A stretch of 64,000 bases of DNA from Xanthobacteraceae bacterium (GTDB lineage Bacteria; Pseudomonadota; Alphaproteobacteria; Rhizobiales; Xanthobacteraceae). Shown in pieces: positions 27,610 to 36,762 of the stretch (position 1 is the first letter of the stretch; every line of letters starts with the position of its first letter). The stretch is from positions 32,838 through 96,837 of the forward strand of contig JBOHIU010000214.1 in NCBI GenBank assembly GCA_050725855.1. Direction: 5' to 3'. Below the pieces are notes generated by a model. The model did not search any database. It saw only the letters and a list, made by a program, of their open reading frames with translations, and was not told where the DNA came from. The translations under genes were made by a program, and so were the position numbers.

Positions 27610-30600
27610 TGCCCGCTCCCGAACATGGCGGCGATCGCGGCATCATCGTTCTCGCCGCCGGTCGCCGACCATTCCTTGACCCGCGCGAGATGGTCGTATT
27701 CGCCGTAATGCGTCGTCCACATCGGATGGACGAGCGAACGGTACGGTTCGGTGTCGCTGTCGAAGCGCATGGCGAGCGCGGCGAGTTTCTGCAACGCGCG
27801 ATCCGCCTGTAGATCGGGCGTGCCTTCGGTGAAGTCGATCGGCTTCGACTCGCCAGGCCGCGCGCCGCCTTTGAGCAGCACATAGCCAATCCCCGCAACC
27901 GACGCGCCGGCGCCAATGCCGGGGAAGCCGCCGCCGCGCAGCATCGCGGCCTCCAGCGTGAGCTGCGGAGCAAGACCCGTACGCACCTGCTTTTCGCTGC
28001 GTGAGGAGCCGGTCTTGTAATCGAGAATGACGTAGCTGCCGGCCGGCAGGCGTTCGATCCGGTCGGCAATGCCGCGCAATTTGAACACGCTGTCAGCGAG
28101 TGGAATGTCGATCTCGCCGCGGATTTCCGCCACGATGGCGGTGATCGACGGCCGCCGCCTTCGCTCCCAATCCGCGAACCAGCGCGCAATACGTTGGAAG
28201 CGCGGCCACCAAAACGCGCGCGCCTCGGGAAAATCGTCGATCGCCGCAAAATGCGGTCGCCCGAGCGCGATCAATTCCTTCACCGGGTCGGCAGGCAGAG
28301 CGGCAGCGTAAAGCTTGGTGAAGTCGCCGATGGCGGCGTGAATGATGGTGCCGCGCTCGGCCGCGCCGGGCGAGACATCGATAGGATCGAGCGGGCTCAG
28401 ACGCAGAATGTATTTCGCGTAGATCGTGTAAGGATCGCGCAGCCAATTTTCGATATCGGTGACCGACAGGCTTTTTGGCCGCACGGCGCGTGGCGGCTTA
28501 GGTGCGGGCTGCGGGACCGGCGCGATTTTTTCCGGGCGGTCCAGCGCGCGCGCCCAGGCAAGATAAACGTCGCCGCGTGTGCGTGCCGCGTTCCAGCGCT
28601 CGCCCGCCACCGCCGCCAATCGCTGGACGAAACGCGATGGCACCGTTGGGCTGCCGGAAACCTTGGCCGCGTGCGAAAGAATAATCTCTTTGGCGCCGAG
28701 GAGCTGAGCGAAATCGTGCGCCGTGAGTCCGATGCGGCGTTCGGGCAGATCGAGTCCGAGCTGAAGCCGCATGGGCCGACTGAGCCATGCGTCGGTGCGG
28801 CTCTCCGGCGGCCACGAGCCTTCCACGAGCCCGCCGAGCACAACGCGGTCGCTTTCGGTAAGCCGCGCTTCGAGCAGCCCGAAAATGCGCACCGGCATCT
28901 TGAAGCCCGCGGCGCGACGGACGACACGGTCGGCGATGAGCGCAGTAAAAAGCTCGACGTAGTCGGAGGCATCGACGATGACAGCTGTGGCGGCCGCGCT
29001 GGTGGCGAATTCATCGAAAGCCGCCGCAAGCTTGGTGCCGTCCGATCCCGCGAAGGCGCTTTCGTCGTCGGCCTGCCGCGACAGCGCCGCCACGACTTTT
29101 TGATGACGCGCGGCCATGTCGCTGAGCCTGTGCGATTGTCCGACGACGTTTTCAATGGGCGCAAGCGCCTCGCCGAGGCGGTCAACGAGATCGGCCGCCG
29201 CCGCGAGATCCTTATCGCGAAGTGTCGTCCGCGGATCGGAGGGATGCAGATCGGTATTTTCCTTGCGGTGGAACTTTTCCAATTCGCCGCGGAAAGTTTT
29301 GAGCGCATGAGCGAGACCGACGCTGCCGGCGCGCGGCCGTGGCCCGCGCAGTACTGCGCGCTCCAGCCCCGTGATGGCTCGTGTCTGATCGTTACCGCCG
29401 AGCTGTAGCAGCGGATGCTTGAGCAAGGCGAGCAGCGTAACCGGAGCGAGCCCGCCAAGTGCGGCATCCGCCGCAAGCCGTGCAAAAATTCCGGCACGGG
29501 TGTCAGACAGTGGCAGCCCACTGGAATCCTCGGCAGCGATATTCCAACGCGCCAGCGCCGCCAGTACCCGGCGGCCCAACGCGCGATCCGGGGTGACCAA
29601 AGCAGCGGTTTTGTTCTGCTCGACCGCCTCCCGCAGCGCCACCGCGGTGGCGAGCGCCTCTTCCTCGGCATTGGCGGCTTCAATCACGCTGATCTTCGCG
29701 AGCGCGCTGTCGGCGAGGGCGTCGAACGCCACGCCGGCAGCCCGTTCCGGCCACAGATCAGTCGCAGCGGCGGGCCGCAGCGCCTCGGAGATGAGCCGCT
29801 CACGCGGTGATGGTTTTGCCAGCATCTCGACGGCTTCACGCTCGATACCGATGCGCGTGAGCAGCGCCTGCATCGCAAATTGAGGATGCCCCGGCGCCGG
29901 CGGGATGCCGTTGCTGCGGTCTCCGGCGATCAAGCGCCAGGACGGTTCGTCGAGATCGGTGTCAAGTCCCGGCAACACGACAGCGCCATGCGGCAGCCGG
30001 GCGACGGTTGCGATCAGTTCGGCCGTGGCCGGTATCGACCCGGTCGACCCCGCCGCGATCACCGGCGCGTCGGTCTCGCGCGTAAGCCGCGCTGCTTCGG
30101 CCTTGATCAGCCGATCGCGCCGCTCCGCCATTTCGATGCAGCCGCGTTCCCTCAGAATCTCCGGCCAACGCTCGCGGGCAATCTGCAGGAACTCCAACGT
30201 GAGCTGCCAATACGCGTCGAATTGCTCCGGCACGAGTTCGTCGAGCCGGCCCCATGACACGCCGCGCATGGTCATGTCGTCGATCAGCCGAGCGAGGTCG
30301 TCGGCCAGACCGCAAGCCGCCGCTGGCGTCTGCGCGACGAGCGGAATGCCACCGGCGCCGCGCACGCGCGGCGCGATCGCCCACTCGCCCACAAGCTTGG
30401 CAAGCAGCAAGCGCCGCTCCAGGCCGCCGAGCGCCTCCGGCAAGGCCAGCGCCTCCGCGGCGATATCGCCGGTCGCCGCCTCGGAGAACGCAATCTCGTC
30501 CTCATCGATATCGCCGATGGCGACGATCCGCGGCAGGATCGCCGCATCGCCCTTCATGACTTCGAGAAAGGCGTCCCGCGCCAACCGACAGGCGCGCCGC

Positions 30601-30746
30601 GTCGGCAAATAAAGAGTGACCGCAGCGAGCGCCAATGGATCGACCGGCGTCGCGAAACCGAGCCTCCCGCCGATCAATGCCTCGATCAATGTCGGCAGAA
30701 ACGGCGCCGAGGGTGGAATGGTGAAAGCGCGAGGGCCCATGGTCAT
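27606..30746 (-). CDS. addB: double-strand break repair protein AddB
   Basis: 1046 aa. 4-nt overlap with addA. C-terminal PD-(D/E)xK-like YVILDYKTGS. Confidence 0.9.
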   Translation of the reverse strand: MTMGPRAFTIPPSAPFLPTLIEALIGGRLGFATPVDPLALAAVTLYLPTRRACRLARDAFLEVMKGDAAILPRIVAIGDIDEDEIAFSEAATGDIAAEALALPEALGGLERRLLLAKLVGEWAIAPRVRGAGGIPLVAQTPAAACGLADDLARLIDDMTMRGVSWGRLDELVPEQFDAYWQLTLEFLQIARERWPEILRERGCIEMAERRDRLIKAEAARLTRETDAPVIAAGSTGSIPATAELIATVARLPHGAVVLPGLDTDLDEPSWRLIAGDRSNGIPPAPGHPQFAMQALLTRIGIEREAVEMLAKPSPRERLISEALRPAAATDLWPERAAGVAFDALADSALAKISVIEAANAEEEALATAVALREAVEQNKTAALVTPDRALGRRVLAALARWNIAAEDSSGLPLSDTRAGIFARLAADAALGGLAPVTLLALLKHPLLQLGGNDQTRAITGLERAVLRGPRPRAGSVGLAHALKTFRGELEKFHRKENTDLHPSDPRTTLRDKDLAAAADLVDRLGEALAPIENVVGQSHRLSDMAARHQKVVAALSRQADDESAFAGSDGTKLAAAFDEFATSAAATAVIVDASDYVELFTALIADRVVRRAAGFKMPVRIFGLLEARLTESDRVVLGGLVEGSWPPESRTDAWLSRPMRLQLGLDLPERRIGLTAHDFAQLLGAKEIILSHAAKVSGSPTVPSRFVQRLAAVAGERWNAARTRGDVYLAWARALDRPEKIAPVPQPAPKPPRAVRPKSLSVTDIENWLRDPYTIYAKYILRLSPLDPIDVSPGAAERGTIIHAAIGDFTKLYAAALPADPVKELIALGRPHFAAIDDFPEARAFWWPRFQRIARWFADWERRRRPSITAIVAEIRGEIDIPLADSVFKLRGIADRIERLPAGSYVILDYKTGSSRSEKQVRTGLAPQLTLEAAMLRGGGFPGIGAGASVAGIGYVLLKGGARPGESKPIDFTEGTPDLQADRALQKLAALAMRFDSDTEPYRSLVHPMWTTHYGEYDHLARVKEWSATGGENDDAAIAAMFGSGQ

Positions 30747-30878
30747 ATGTCGATCGTTCCCGCCGCTCCAGCGCCATTTCGGACCATGACCACACGTCGA
30801 GCCGGTTCTGCGTGGCGGATTGGCTGTCAGCGATTAGGTCCCGAATTGGCCCGGGAGGACAAGCTGCGGTAGCAGATT

Positions 30879-31044
30879 CTAGTGGTCCGATTCCAGCATT
30901 CGCATCCGGGCTCGGCAGGCTTTCATGCTGAATGCTGGAGTCGAAGGAGCACTAGCAAGTATAAGGCTCATGGACTTTTTGGGTTTGACATTCGCTTGTC
31001 GAGTTCGCGGTGGGGCAGGTAGCGAATGTCAAATCGCTCCACTA
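30879..31044 (-). repeat. double-hairpin intergenic element, copy 4 (subfamily 2, inverted orientation, diverged stems)
   Basis: CTAGTGGTCCGATTCCAGCATTCGCAT..ATGCTGAATGCTGGAGTCGAAGGAGCACTAG / CAAGTATAAG.. / GGTTTGACATTCGCT..AGCGAATGTCAAATCGCTCCACTA. The terminal CTA is the stop codon of the murU-like gene. Confidence 0.9.
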
Positions 31045-31812
31045 TGCTGTCGTGGCGAGCGCTGCCTCGGCCGCTGCAACAGCTTGCGGTGTGCCGACAT
31101 GCATCCAGACGCCTTCGAGGCGGAGCCCGAACAGCCGTCCGCGTGCCGCGGCACTATCAAACAACAGCGTAAGTGCAAACGGGCTTGCGGGCGCCCCCGC
31201 AAATAGCGTCGGCGACAGGATCGCGGCGCCCGCGTATACGAACGGGACAACCTCGCGCTCGGCGCGCCGTCGCAGCCGGCCATCGGGCTGCATGGCGTAG
31301 TCGCCGCTTCCTTGGTAGCCGATGCTGCCGGCAGTCGGTGCGAGCAAGAGAAGGGCATCCATGTCGCCGGCATCGAAAGCGTCAGCAAGCCGTACAAAAT
31401 TCGGTTTGACGCCATCGAGCCACAGCGTGTCGGAATTGACCAGAAAGAACGGCGCATCGCCCAATCGCGGCAGCGCCCTGGCGATGCCGCCGCCGGTACC
31501 CAGAAGCGCGCCGCGTTCGTCCGAAACGACGATCTGCGGTTCTTTCCGCGACGCCAAATGCAGCTCCAGCGCGTCGGCGAGATAATGAACGTTGACCACG
31601 GCGCGCTCGACGCCGGCTTCGGCGAGCCGATCGAGCGCATAATCGATCAGTGGCTTGCCGCCAACTCGGACGAGCGGTTTGGGGAGCGTGCCGTCATGGG
31701 GCCGCATGCGCGTACCAAGGCCGGCGGCCAACACAATCGCGGATGTCGGCATCGTCGATTGACCCGTCCAGGATAGTGCCCCCATCGTCGCGCCTCGCGT
31801 CACGCCGCCCAT
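31042..31812 (-). CDS. sugar-1-phosphate nucleotidyltransferase (MurU-like N-acetylmuramate-1-P uridylyltransferase)
   Basis: AIVLAAGLGTRMRP motif. Probable start is Met21 at 31752. Conserved position next to the TsaE/kinase gene. Confidence 0.8.
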   Translation of the reverse strand: MGGVTRGATMGALSWTGQSTMPTSAIVLAAGLGTRMRPHDGTLPKPLVRVGGKPLIDYALDRLAEAGVERAVVNVHYLADALELHLASRKEPQIVVSDERGALLGTGGGIARALPRLGDAPFFLVNSDTLWLDGVKPNFVRLADAFDAGDMDALLLLAPTAGSIGYQGSGDYAMQPDGRLRRRAEREVVPFVYAGAAILSPTLFAGAPASPFALTLLFDSAAARGRLFGLRLEGVWMHVGTPQAVAAAEAALATTA

Positions 31813-31828
31813 TCCGCGAATCGCACTA

Positions 31829-33367
31829 CTATACTTGTTGCGGCGCCGGCACGTTGGCCGCGTACCATTCCTTCAAGGAAACGAGCGCCGGATGTGCGAG
31901 CGAACGGTGCAGGTACCGCCATAGACGGGGAATATGGCACAGATATTGCGGTTTGCCGTCGCGCCGATTGAGCCGTGCGAAGATGCCCAGAATTTTGGTT
32001 GCGCGTTGGGCGGCCAGTGTTGCGTAAAGCAGGGCAAAGTCGGCCGGGTCGAAGCGGCTGTCGCCTGTCATGCGAGCGCGGACATAGCGGCTGAGCAGTA
32101 GCACCTCCGTGGATTCCGGCACGTCCACGCGCGCATCCTGCAACAGCGACGCGACGTCGTACGCCGCCGGACCGACGACGGCGTCCTGAAAATCCAGTAC
32201 GCCAATGCGAGCAATATCCAACCGATCCTCAAGCCACAGCAGGTTAGGCGAATGATAATCGCGGAGCACCCAGGTTTTGGGCGCCTCGATGGCGGGTGTC
32301 AGCGCCGCCCGCCACAGCGCGGCGAATTTGACCCGTTCCTCCTCGCCGATCTGTGCCTTCACATGCGGCAAATACCAGTCGAGCAGAAGCTCGGCCTCGA
32401 TCAAAAAAGCCGGCATGTCGTAGGGCGGCAGCTTGTATTCGCGGTGCGGCGCCAGCGGCAATGTTTCCGGCAGCCGGCGCCGATGCAGCGCAACCAACGC
32501 ATCGAGTGCTGTTTGGTAGCGCGTTTCGATCGGTGCCGGCGGATCGCCTTCGACGATCCGCTCGGTGCCGAGGTCCTCCATGATGACCAAGCCACGATCC
32601 GTGTCGGCGTGAAAAATCAACGGCGTGGAAAGATTGCGTTCGTGCAGAGCCGACGCCAGGGCGACGTACGGAACGGTATTCTCGGCGAGATGGGCGATTG
32701 CGCTATAAGGCTTGCCGTCGCGGACCGGCGGACCGTCGGGATGCGGCGGCGCGTTCATCAATATCGTTGTCTGCTCGGCGAGCGTCAGCCGCTCGAAGAC
32801 GCGGGTGGACGCGTCGCCTTGCATGCGCCGGCGCTCCGCATCGCGGTAACCGGTCTCGTCGAGAAAGGAGCGGATTTGGCCGATTCGCTCGGCCCGCGCG
32901 GCGAAGGCGCCGTAGCCGGTATAGCGCACATTACGCATCTCGGCGCCTAATGCCGGCGCCAGCGTGAACGTGATATCGAGCCGATCGGCCGGCAGAAGTC
33001 CGGCGGCGCGATCAGGCCATTCCATCAGCACCACGCTTTGTTCGGGCAGATCGTCAAAGCCGATCTCAGCCAGTTCGGCGGCGCTCGATAGCCGATACAG
33101 ATCCGCATGCACCAGCGTGAAGCGCGGCAGGTCGTAGCTCTGTAACAACGTGAAGGTCGGGCTCGGTACCTCGAGCTTATCATCGCCGGCGAGATAGCGG
33201 ATCAGCGCGCGCGCAAAGGTGGTTTTGCCAGCGCCCAGATCGCCCGACAGCGTAACAAGATCGCCGGGCTCAAGAGTGCAAGCGACATCGATGGCGAAGC
33301 GCGCGGTTGCTCCCTCATTGGGCAAGTTCTTTGAAAAGCTTGCCCCACCCGTGCTGGTCAGAAGCAT
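31829..33367 (-). CDS. fused TsaE (t6A ATPase) / aminoglycoside-phosphotransferase-fold kinase (AmgK-like)
   Basis: 512 aa. The N-terminal ~150 aa are TsaE (GDLGAGKTTFARALIR, PSPTFTL, HADLYRL). The remainder is an APH/choline-kinase fold (LRDYHSPNLLW, VLDFQDA). Confidence 0.85.
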   Translation of the reverse strand: MLLTSTGGASFSKNLPNEGATARFAIDVACTLEPGDLVTLSGDLGAGKTTFARALIRYLAGDDKLEVPSPTFTLLQSYDLPRFTLVHADLYRLSSAAELAEIGFDDLPEQSVVLMEWPDRAAGLLPADRLDITFTLAPALGAEMRNVRYTGYGAFAARAERIGQIRSFLDETGYRDAERRRMQGDASTRVFERLTLAEQTTILMNAPPHPDGPPVRDGKPYSAIAHLAENTVPYVALASALHERNLSTPLIFHADTDRGLVIMEDLGTERIVEGDPPAPIETRYQTALDALVALHRRRLPETLPLAPHREYKLPPYDMPAFLIEAELLLDWYLPHVKAQIGEEERVKFAALWRAALTPAIEAPKTWVLRDYHSPNLLWLEDRLDIARIGVLDFQDAVVGPAAYDVASLLQDARVDVPESTEVLLLSRYVRARMTGDSRFDPADFALLYATLAAQRATKILGIFARLNRRDGKPQYLCHIPRLWRYLHRSLAHPALVSLKEWYAANVPAPQQV

Positions 33368-33458
33368 TGCGGCGATCCGCTAAGGTGTTCTCAGAAATCG
33401 CATAGGCTTTCACAACCGAGATTGCGCCTGCGCCAATTCCGGCACAACACCGTCCTAT

Positions 33459-33625
33459 TAGGGGAGCGGATTTGACATTCGCTACCCACCTGGCCGAAAG
33501 CTCCAGTAGCGAATGTCAAATCCAAAGCTCCACAACCACTTATATTTTTCTAGCGGTCCTTTGATTCTAACATTCGCATGATCGAGTGCCGAAATGGAAT
33601 GCGAATGTTAGAATCGGTCCACTAG
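33459..33625 (+). repeat. double-hairpin intergenic element, copy 5 (subfamily 2)
   Basis: TAGGGGAGCGGATTTGACATTCGCTA..TAGCGAATGTCAAATCCAAAGCTCCAC / CACTTATATTTTT / CTAGCGGTCCTTTGATTCTAACATTCGCAT..ATGCGAATGTTAGAATCGGTCCACTAG. The terminal CTAG contains the kinase stop codon. Confidence 0.92.
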
Positions 33626-36261
33626 GCCGCCGTCAGCGCTGTTGCGACGTTCCCGGCCGGGAAGGTGCAAGTCACCGTAGTGCCCTGGCCGACAACCGAC
33701 GCAATCGTCACAGTGCCGCCGTGCAGTTCGACGAACGAGCGCACAAGGGAAAGCCCTATTCCCGGTCCGCGATGGTGCGAACCGAGCGAATGCGTTTCGA
33801 ACCAGTCGAAGACTCGCTCCAGCACCTCGGGCGGAATGCCCGGTCCGCTGTCGCTGACCGAGAATGACACCTCGTCGGCGCGCCGGTCGGCCTGCAAGAT
33901 GACCGTTGCGCCGCCCGGAGAAAAGGTCACGGCGTTGGCCATGAGATTGAACAGAATCTGCCGCACGCGGCGGCCGTCGGCGACGAAGCTGCCGATACCG
34001 GCGGCTGCCTTGATATCCAGCGTGATGCCGGCGCTTACCAGGCGATCCTGCACCCCTTCGGCCGCCGCCTGCATGGTCGCGCGAATGTCGACCAAGCCGA
34101 GATTAAGCTGCATGCGGCCGGCATCGATCGTCGCCAGATCGAGAATGTTGTTGATCAGCGCCAGCAGTGTATTCGAAGAGACCGTGATGTAATCGAGATA
34201 TTCGAGCTGCTTCGGGGCGAGCGGGCCGGTCGCCGGATCGCCGAGCAGATGCACGAAGCCGATGATGTTCGTGAGCGGCGAGCGCAGCTCGTACGATACA
34301 TGATGCACGAAGCTGATCTTGACGCGGTCGGCCTCCTCGAGCGCGTCATTGCGTTCGCGCAGGGCGCGCTCGACATTGACCGAGTCCGTCACGTCGTGGA
34401 AGGTCGCCAGAGTGGCGCCGCCCGGCAACGGCACGGTGGTGCAATCGATCACGCTGCCGTCGCGCCGTTCTAATCGCCCGGCGATGGCTTTGCGGCTGTC
34501 GATTGCCGTTACCACTTCGCGCAACGATTGCCACGTGGGATCATCGCCATGCAGCGGCCGACATAGCGTCGTGATGGTTTCGATATGCGGCCGTTCGGCA
34601 AGCATCTGATGCGGCAGCTTCCACATTCTGGCGAACGCGGCATTGTGCAGCCGCAGTCTTCCATCGCTCCCGAACACAGCAACGCCTTCGGCAAGATTGT
34701 CGAGTGTTTCACCTTGGACGCGGATCAGTTCCTCGAAACGCCGCTCCAAATCAAGCCGCTCGGTCACATCGTGGAAAAGGTAGGTGACGCCGCCATCCGG
34801 GTTCGGCGTGGTGACGACCCGCAAGGTGCGCCCGTCGGGCAGGTGCCAGATATGCTCCTTGGCTTCGCTGGCGCGATAAGCCGTGTGCAGTTGCGCCTTC
34901 CATTGCCGAAAGCTCTGCTGCTCCGGCAGTTTGCGCCGTACCCGCAATTCGTCGAGCATGGCCGAATCAGTCGGGCCCTGATCCAGATATGCCGCATCGA
35001 GTTCCCACAAGGCGCGATAGGCCGCATTGTAGAAGGTGAGCCGTTGGGCGGGCCCGAACATGGCGACGCCGGTCGAGAGCTGATCCAGAGTGCGCCGGTG
35101 AGCGTCGACCAGGCGCGCCAGCGCACTGCGCATTGTTTCCGCTTCGGTGGCGTCGATGCCAATCCCGGCGCTGCCGCTGTCGGTACGAACGTCCAGCACG
35201 TCCAAGCTGCGCCGCACCCCCGCAGCGACTGCAGCCAGGCGGCCCGAATAGGCGCCGCCGCTCGCGCGCGCAGTGGCGATCGTTTCGCGTGCCGCACTGT
35301 CGAGCAATTCCAGGTTTCGTTCGACCGCATCGGCCTGGTCCTTGGCTTCGACGGCGCGCGCATAAGCTGAATTGACGAAGCTGAGCCGGCCGACGCCGTC
35401 GCGCGTCCATGCCGGTGACGGCAGCGTTTCGATGAGCGTGCGCAGCGATTCGACTTCGGTCAGCAAACGCTGATGACGCCCCGTGAGCTGCACCAATTCG
35501 CGCGTCAGCGCGGTCGCGTCCCTGAGCTGCAGCACGGCGCGGCCGCCGAGGGCCCGGCCTTGGGCCTCGATCGGCCGATCGTTAAGCGCCGTGACATTCA
35601 TGACGAAGGCTTCGCCCCGCGTCCGCAGGGCCTCGACCGCATGGTCCATGGCGCTGGCCTGGGTCGCATCTAACCACGAGCCGAACGCCAGTACGTGGCG
35701 CGATTTGTTCACACCGAGAATTTCGACGTCGCCGTCGACGTGGGGTCGGTCGGAGGCAGCCGGCCAATCTACGAGCACTTGCCGCTGCGACAGCAAAAGC
35801 GCGTTCGCGCGGTCAAGCCGGTCGCGCAGGACGGCGATTTGCTCGCGGGAAGTGGCTTCCAGACGGGCAGCGCGCGTTGAAGTTCGCACCAGCAGAATTG
35901 CGGTGATCACGGCGAAGAAAACCAGTCCGAGCATCGGTACCAGGACGGCGATCTCGTGGCTGCCGAAGTCATGATAGACGCCGAGCGTAAGGTCTTCAGC
36001 GCTGCCGAGGGAATGTTGCTCGGCGCGAGCCAGCGCCGTGCACGGCGAGGCGAAGAGCATCAGCAAGGCGAACGGCAATGCGCGGGCGGCGAGCGAGCCG
36101 GCCGCCAGGAATCCGCCTTGCCGCGGACGCGCACAGCCCGCCCTCGTCCGGATTATCTCCGGCATGCCCCTTTGCCTCTGCTGGCGATCCCGCCGCCGCG
36201 CCAGCCGCGAATCAGACGACTTTACTCTCAAGCGAAATCGTGCCGAAAGAGTCCAGATCAA
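33622..36261 (-). CDS. divL: membrane-anchored multi-PAS histidine-kinase-fold protein with Tyr at the phospho-acceptor position (DivL-like)
   Basis: 879-aa ORF; the real start is probably Met33 at 36165. H-box reads FVHHVSYELRSPLTNIIGF, with Y where the canonical motif has H-E-L-R-x-P-L. Complete HATPase_c (DSGPGIP, GPGIGLSLV). Confidence 0.6.
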   Translation of the reverse strand: MIWTLSARFRLRVKSSDSRLARRRDRQQRQRGMPEIIRTRAGCARPRQGGFLAAGSLAARALPFALLMLFASPCTALARAEQHSLGSAEDLTLGVYHDFGSHEIAVLVPMLGLVFFAVITAILLVRTSTRAARLEATSREQIAVLRDRLDRANALLLSQRQVLVDWPAASDRPHVDGDVEILGVNKSRHVLAFGSWLDATQASAMDHAVEALRTRGEAFVMNVTALNDRPIEAQGRALGGRAVLQLRDATALTRELVQLTGRHQRLLTEVESLRTLIETLPSPAWTRDGVGRLSFVNSAYARAVEAKDQADAVERNLELLDSAARETIATARASGGAYSGRLAAVAAGVRRSLDVLDVRTDSGSAGIGIDATEAETMRSALARLVDAHRRTLDQLSTGVAMFGPAQRLTFYNAAYRALWELDAAYLDQGPTDSAMLDELRVRRKLPEQQSFRQWKAQLHTAYRASEAKEHIWHLPDGRTLRVVTTPNPDGGVTYLFHDVTERLDLERRFEELIRVQGETLDNLAEGVAVFGSDGRLRLHNAAFARMWKLPHQMLAERPHIETITTLCRPLHGDDPTWQSLREVVTAIDSRKAIAGRLERRDGSVIDCTTVPLPGGATLATFHDVTDSVNVERALRERNDALEEADRVKISFVHHVSYELRSPLTNIIGFVHLLGDPATGPLAPKQLEYLDYITVSSNTLLALINNILDLATIDAGRMQLNLGLVDIRATMQAAAEGVQDRLVSAGITLDIKAAAGIGSFVADGRRVRQILFNLMANAVTFSPGGATVILQADRRADEVSFSVSDSGPGIPPEVLERVFDWFETHSLGSHHRGPGIGLSLVRSFVELHGGTVTIASVVGQGTTVTCTFPAGNVATALTAA

Positions 36262-36288
36262 GAACAGCCAATTTAGCCCCGCGCCGCG

Positions 36289-36762
36289 CTACGCGGTCCC
36301 CGTCGAGCCCATGCCACCGGCGGCGCGCTCGGTCGTATCAAGGTTTGCGGTTTCGAGCAGTCTGGCGCGCTCGACACGCGCGACGACCAGCTGTGCAATG
36401 CGCATCCCACGGCTGACGGTGAATGGTTCGCTGCCGAGATTGATCAGAATCACCTGGATTTCGCCGCGATAATCGGCGTCGATTGTCCCCGGCGTATTAA
36501 GTACGGTAACGCCGTGGCGAATGGCGAGGCCCGAGCGCGGCCGGATCTGCCCTTCGCTGCCGCCCGGGAGCGCGACGGCAATGCCGGTCGGGATCATGGC
36601 GCGGCCACGTGGTGCGATTTCGACCGGGGCGTTGGCTGGGACTGCAGCCATAAGATCAAGCCCGGCGGCGAGCGCGCTTTGGTAGGCCGGCAACGGCAGG
36701 TCCGCTCCGTGTGGCAAGCGCACGACGCGAACGTCGATGGAGTCTTGTCTCGCGCTACTCAC
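36289..36762 (-). CDS. dut: dUTP diphosphatase
   Basis: 157 aa. [26 protein letters not shown]. Confidence 0.93.
   Translation of the reverse strand: MSSARQDSIDVRVVRLPHGADLPLPAYQSALAAGLDLMAAVPANAPVEIAPRGRAMIPTGIAVALPGGSEGQIRPRSGLAIRHGVTVLNTPGTIDADYRGEIQVILINLGSEPFTVSRGMRIAQLVVARVERARLLETANLDTTERAAGGMGSTGTA

Noticed and set aside
33586-33621. ORF-track peptides starting inside the repeats: 33586..33867 ([13 protein letters not shown]), 40751..40798 ([16 protein letters not shown]) and the N-terminal extension 55016..55147.
   Set aside because: The shared peptide is simply the translated hairpin arm of the repeat. The downstream genes have well-supported starts outside the element.
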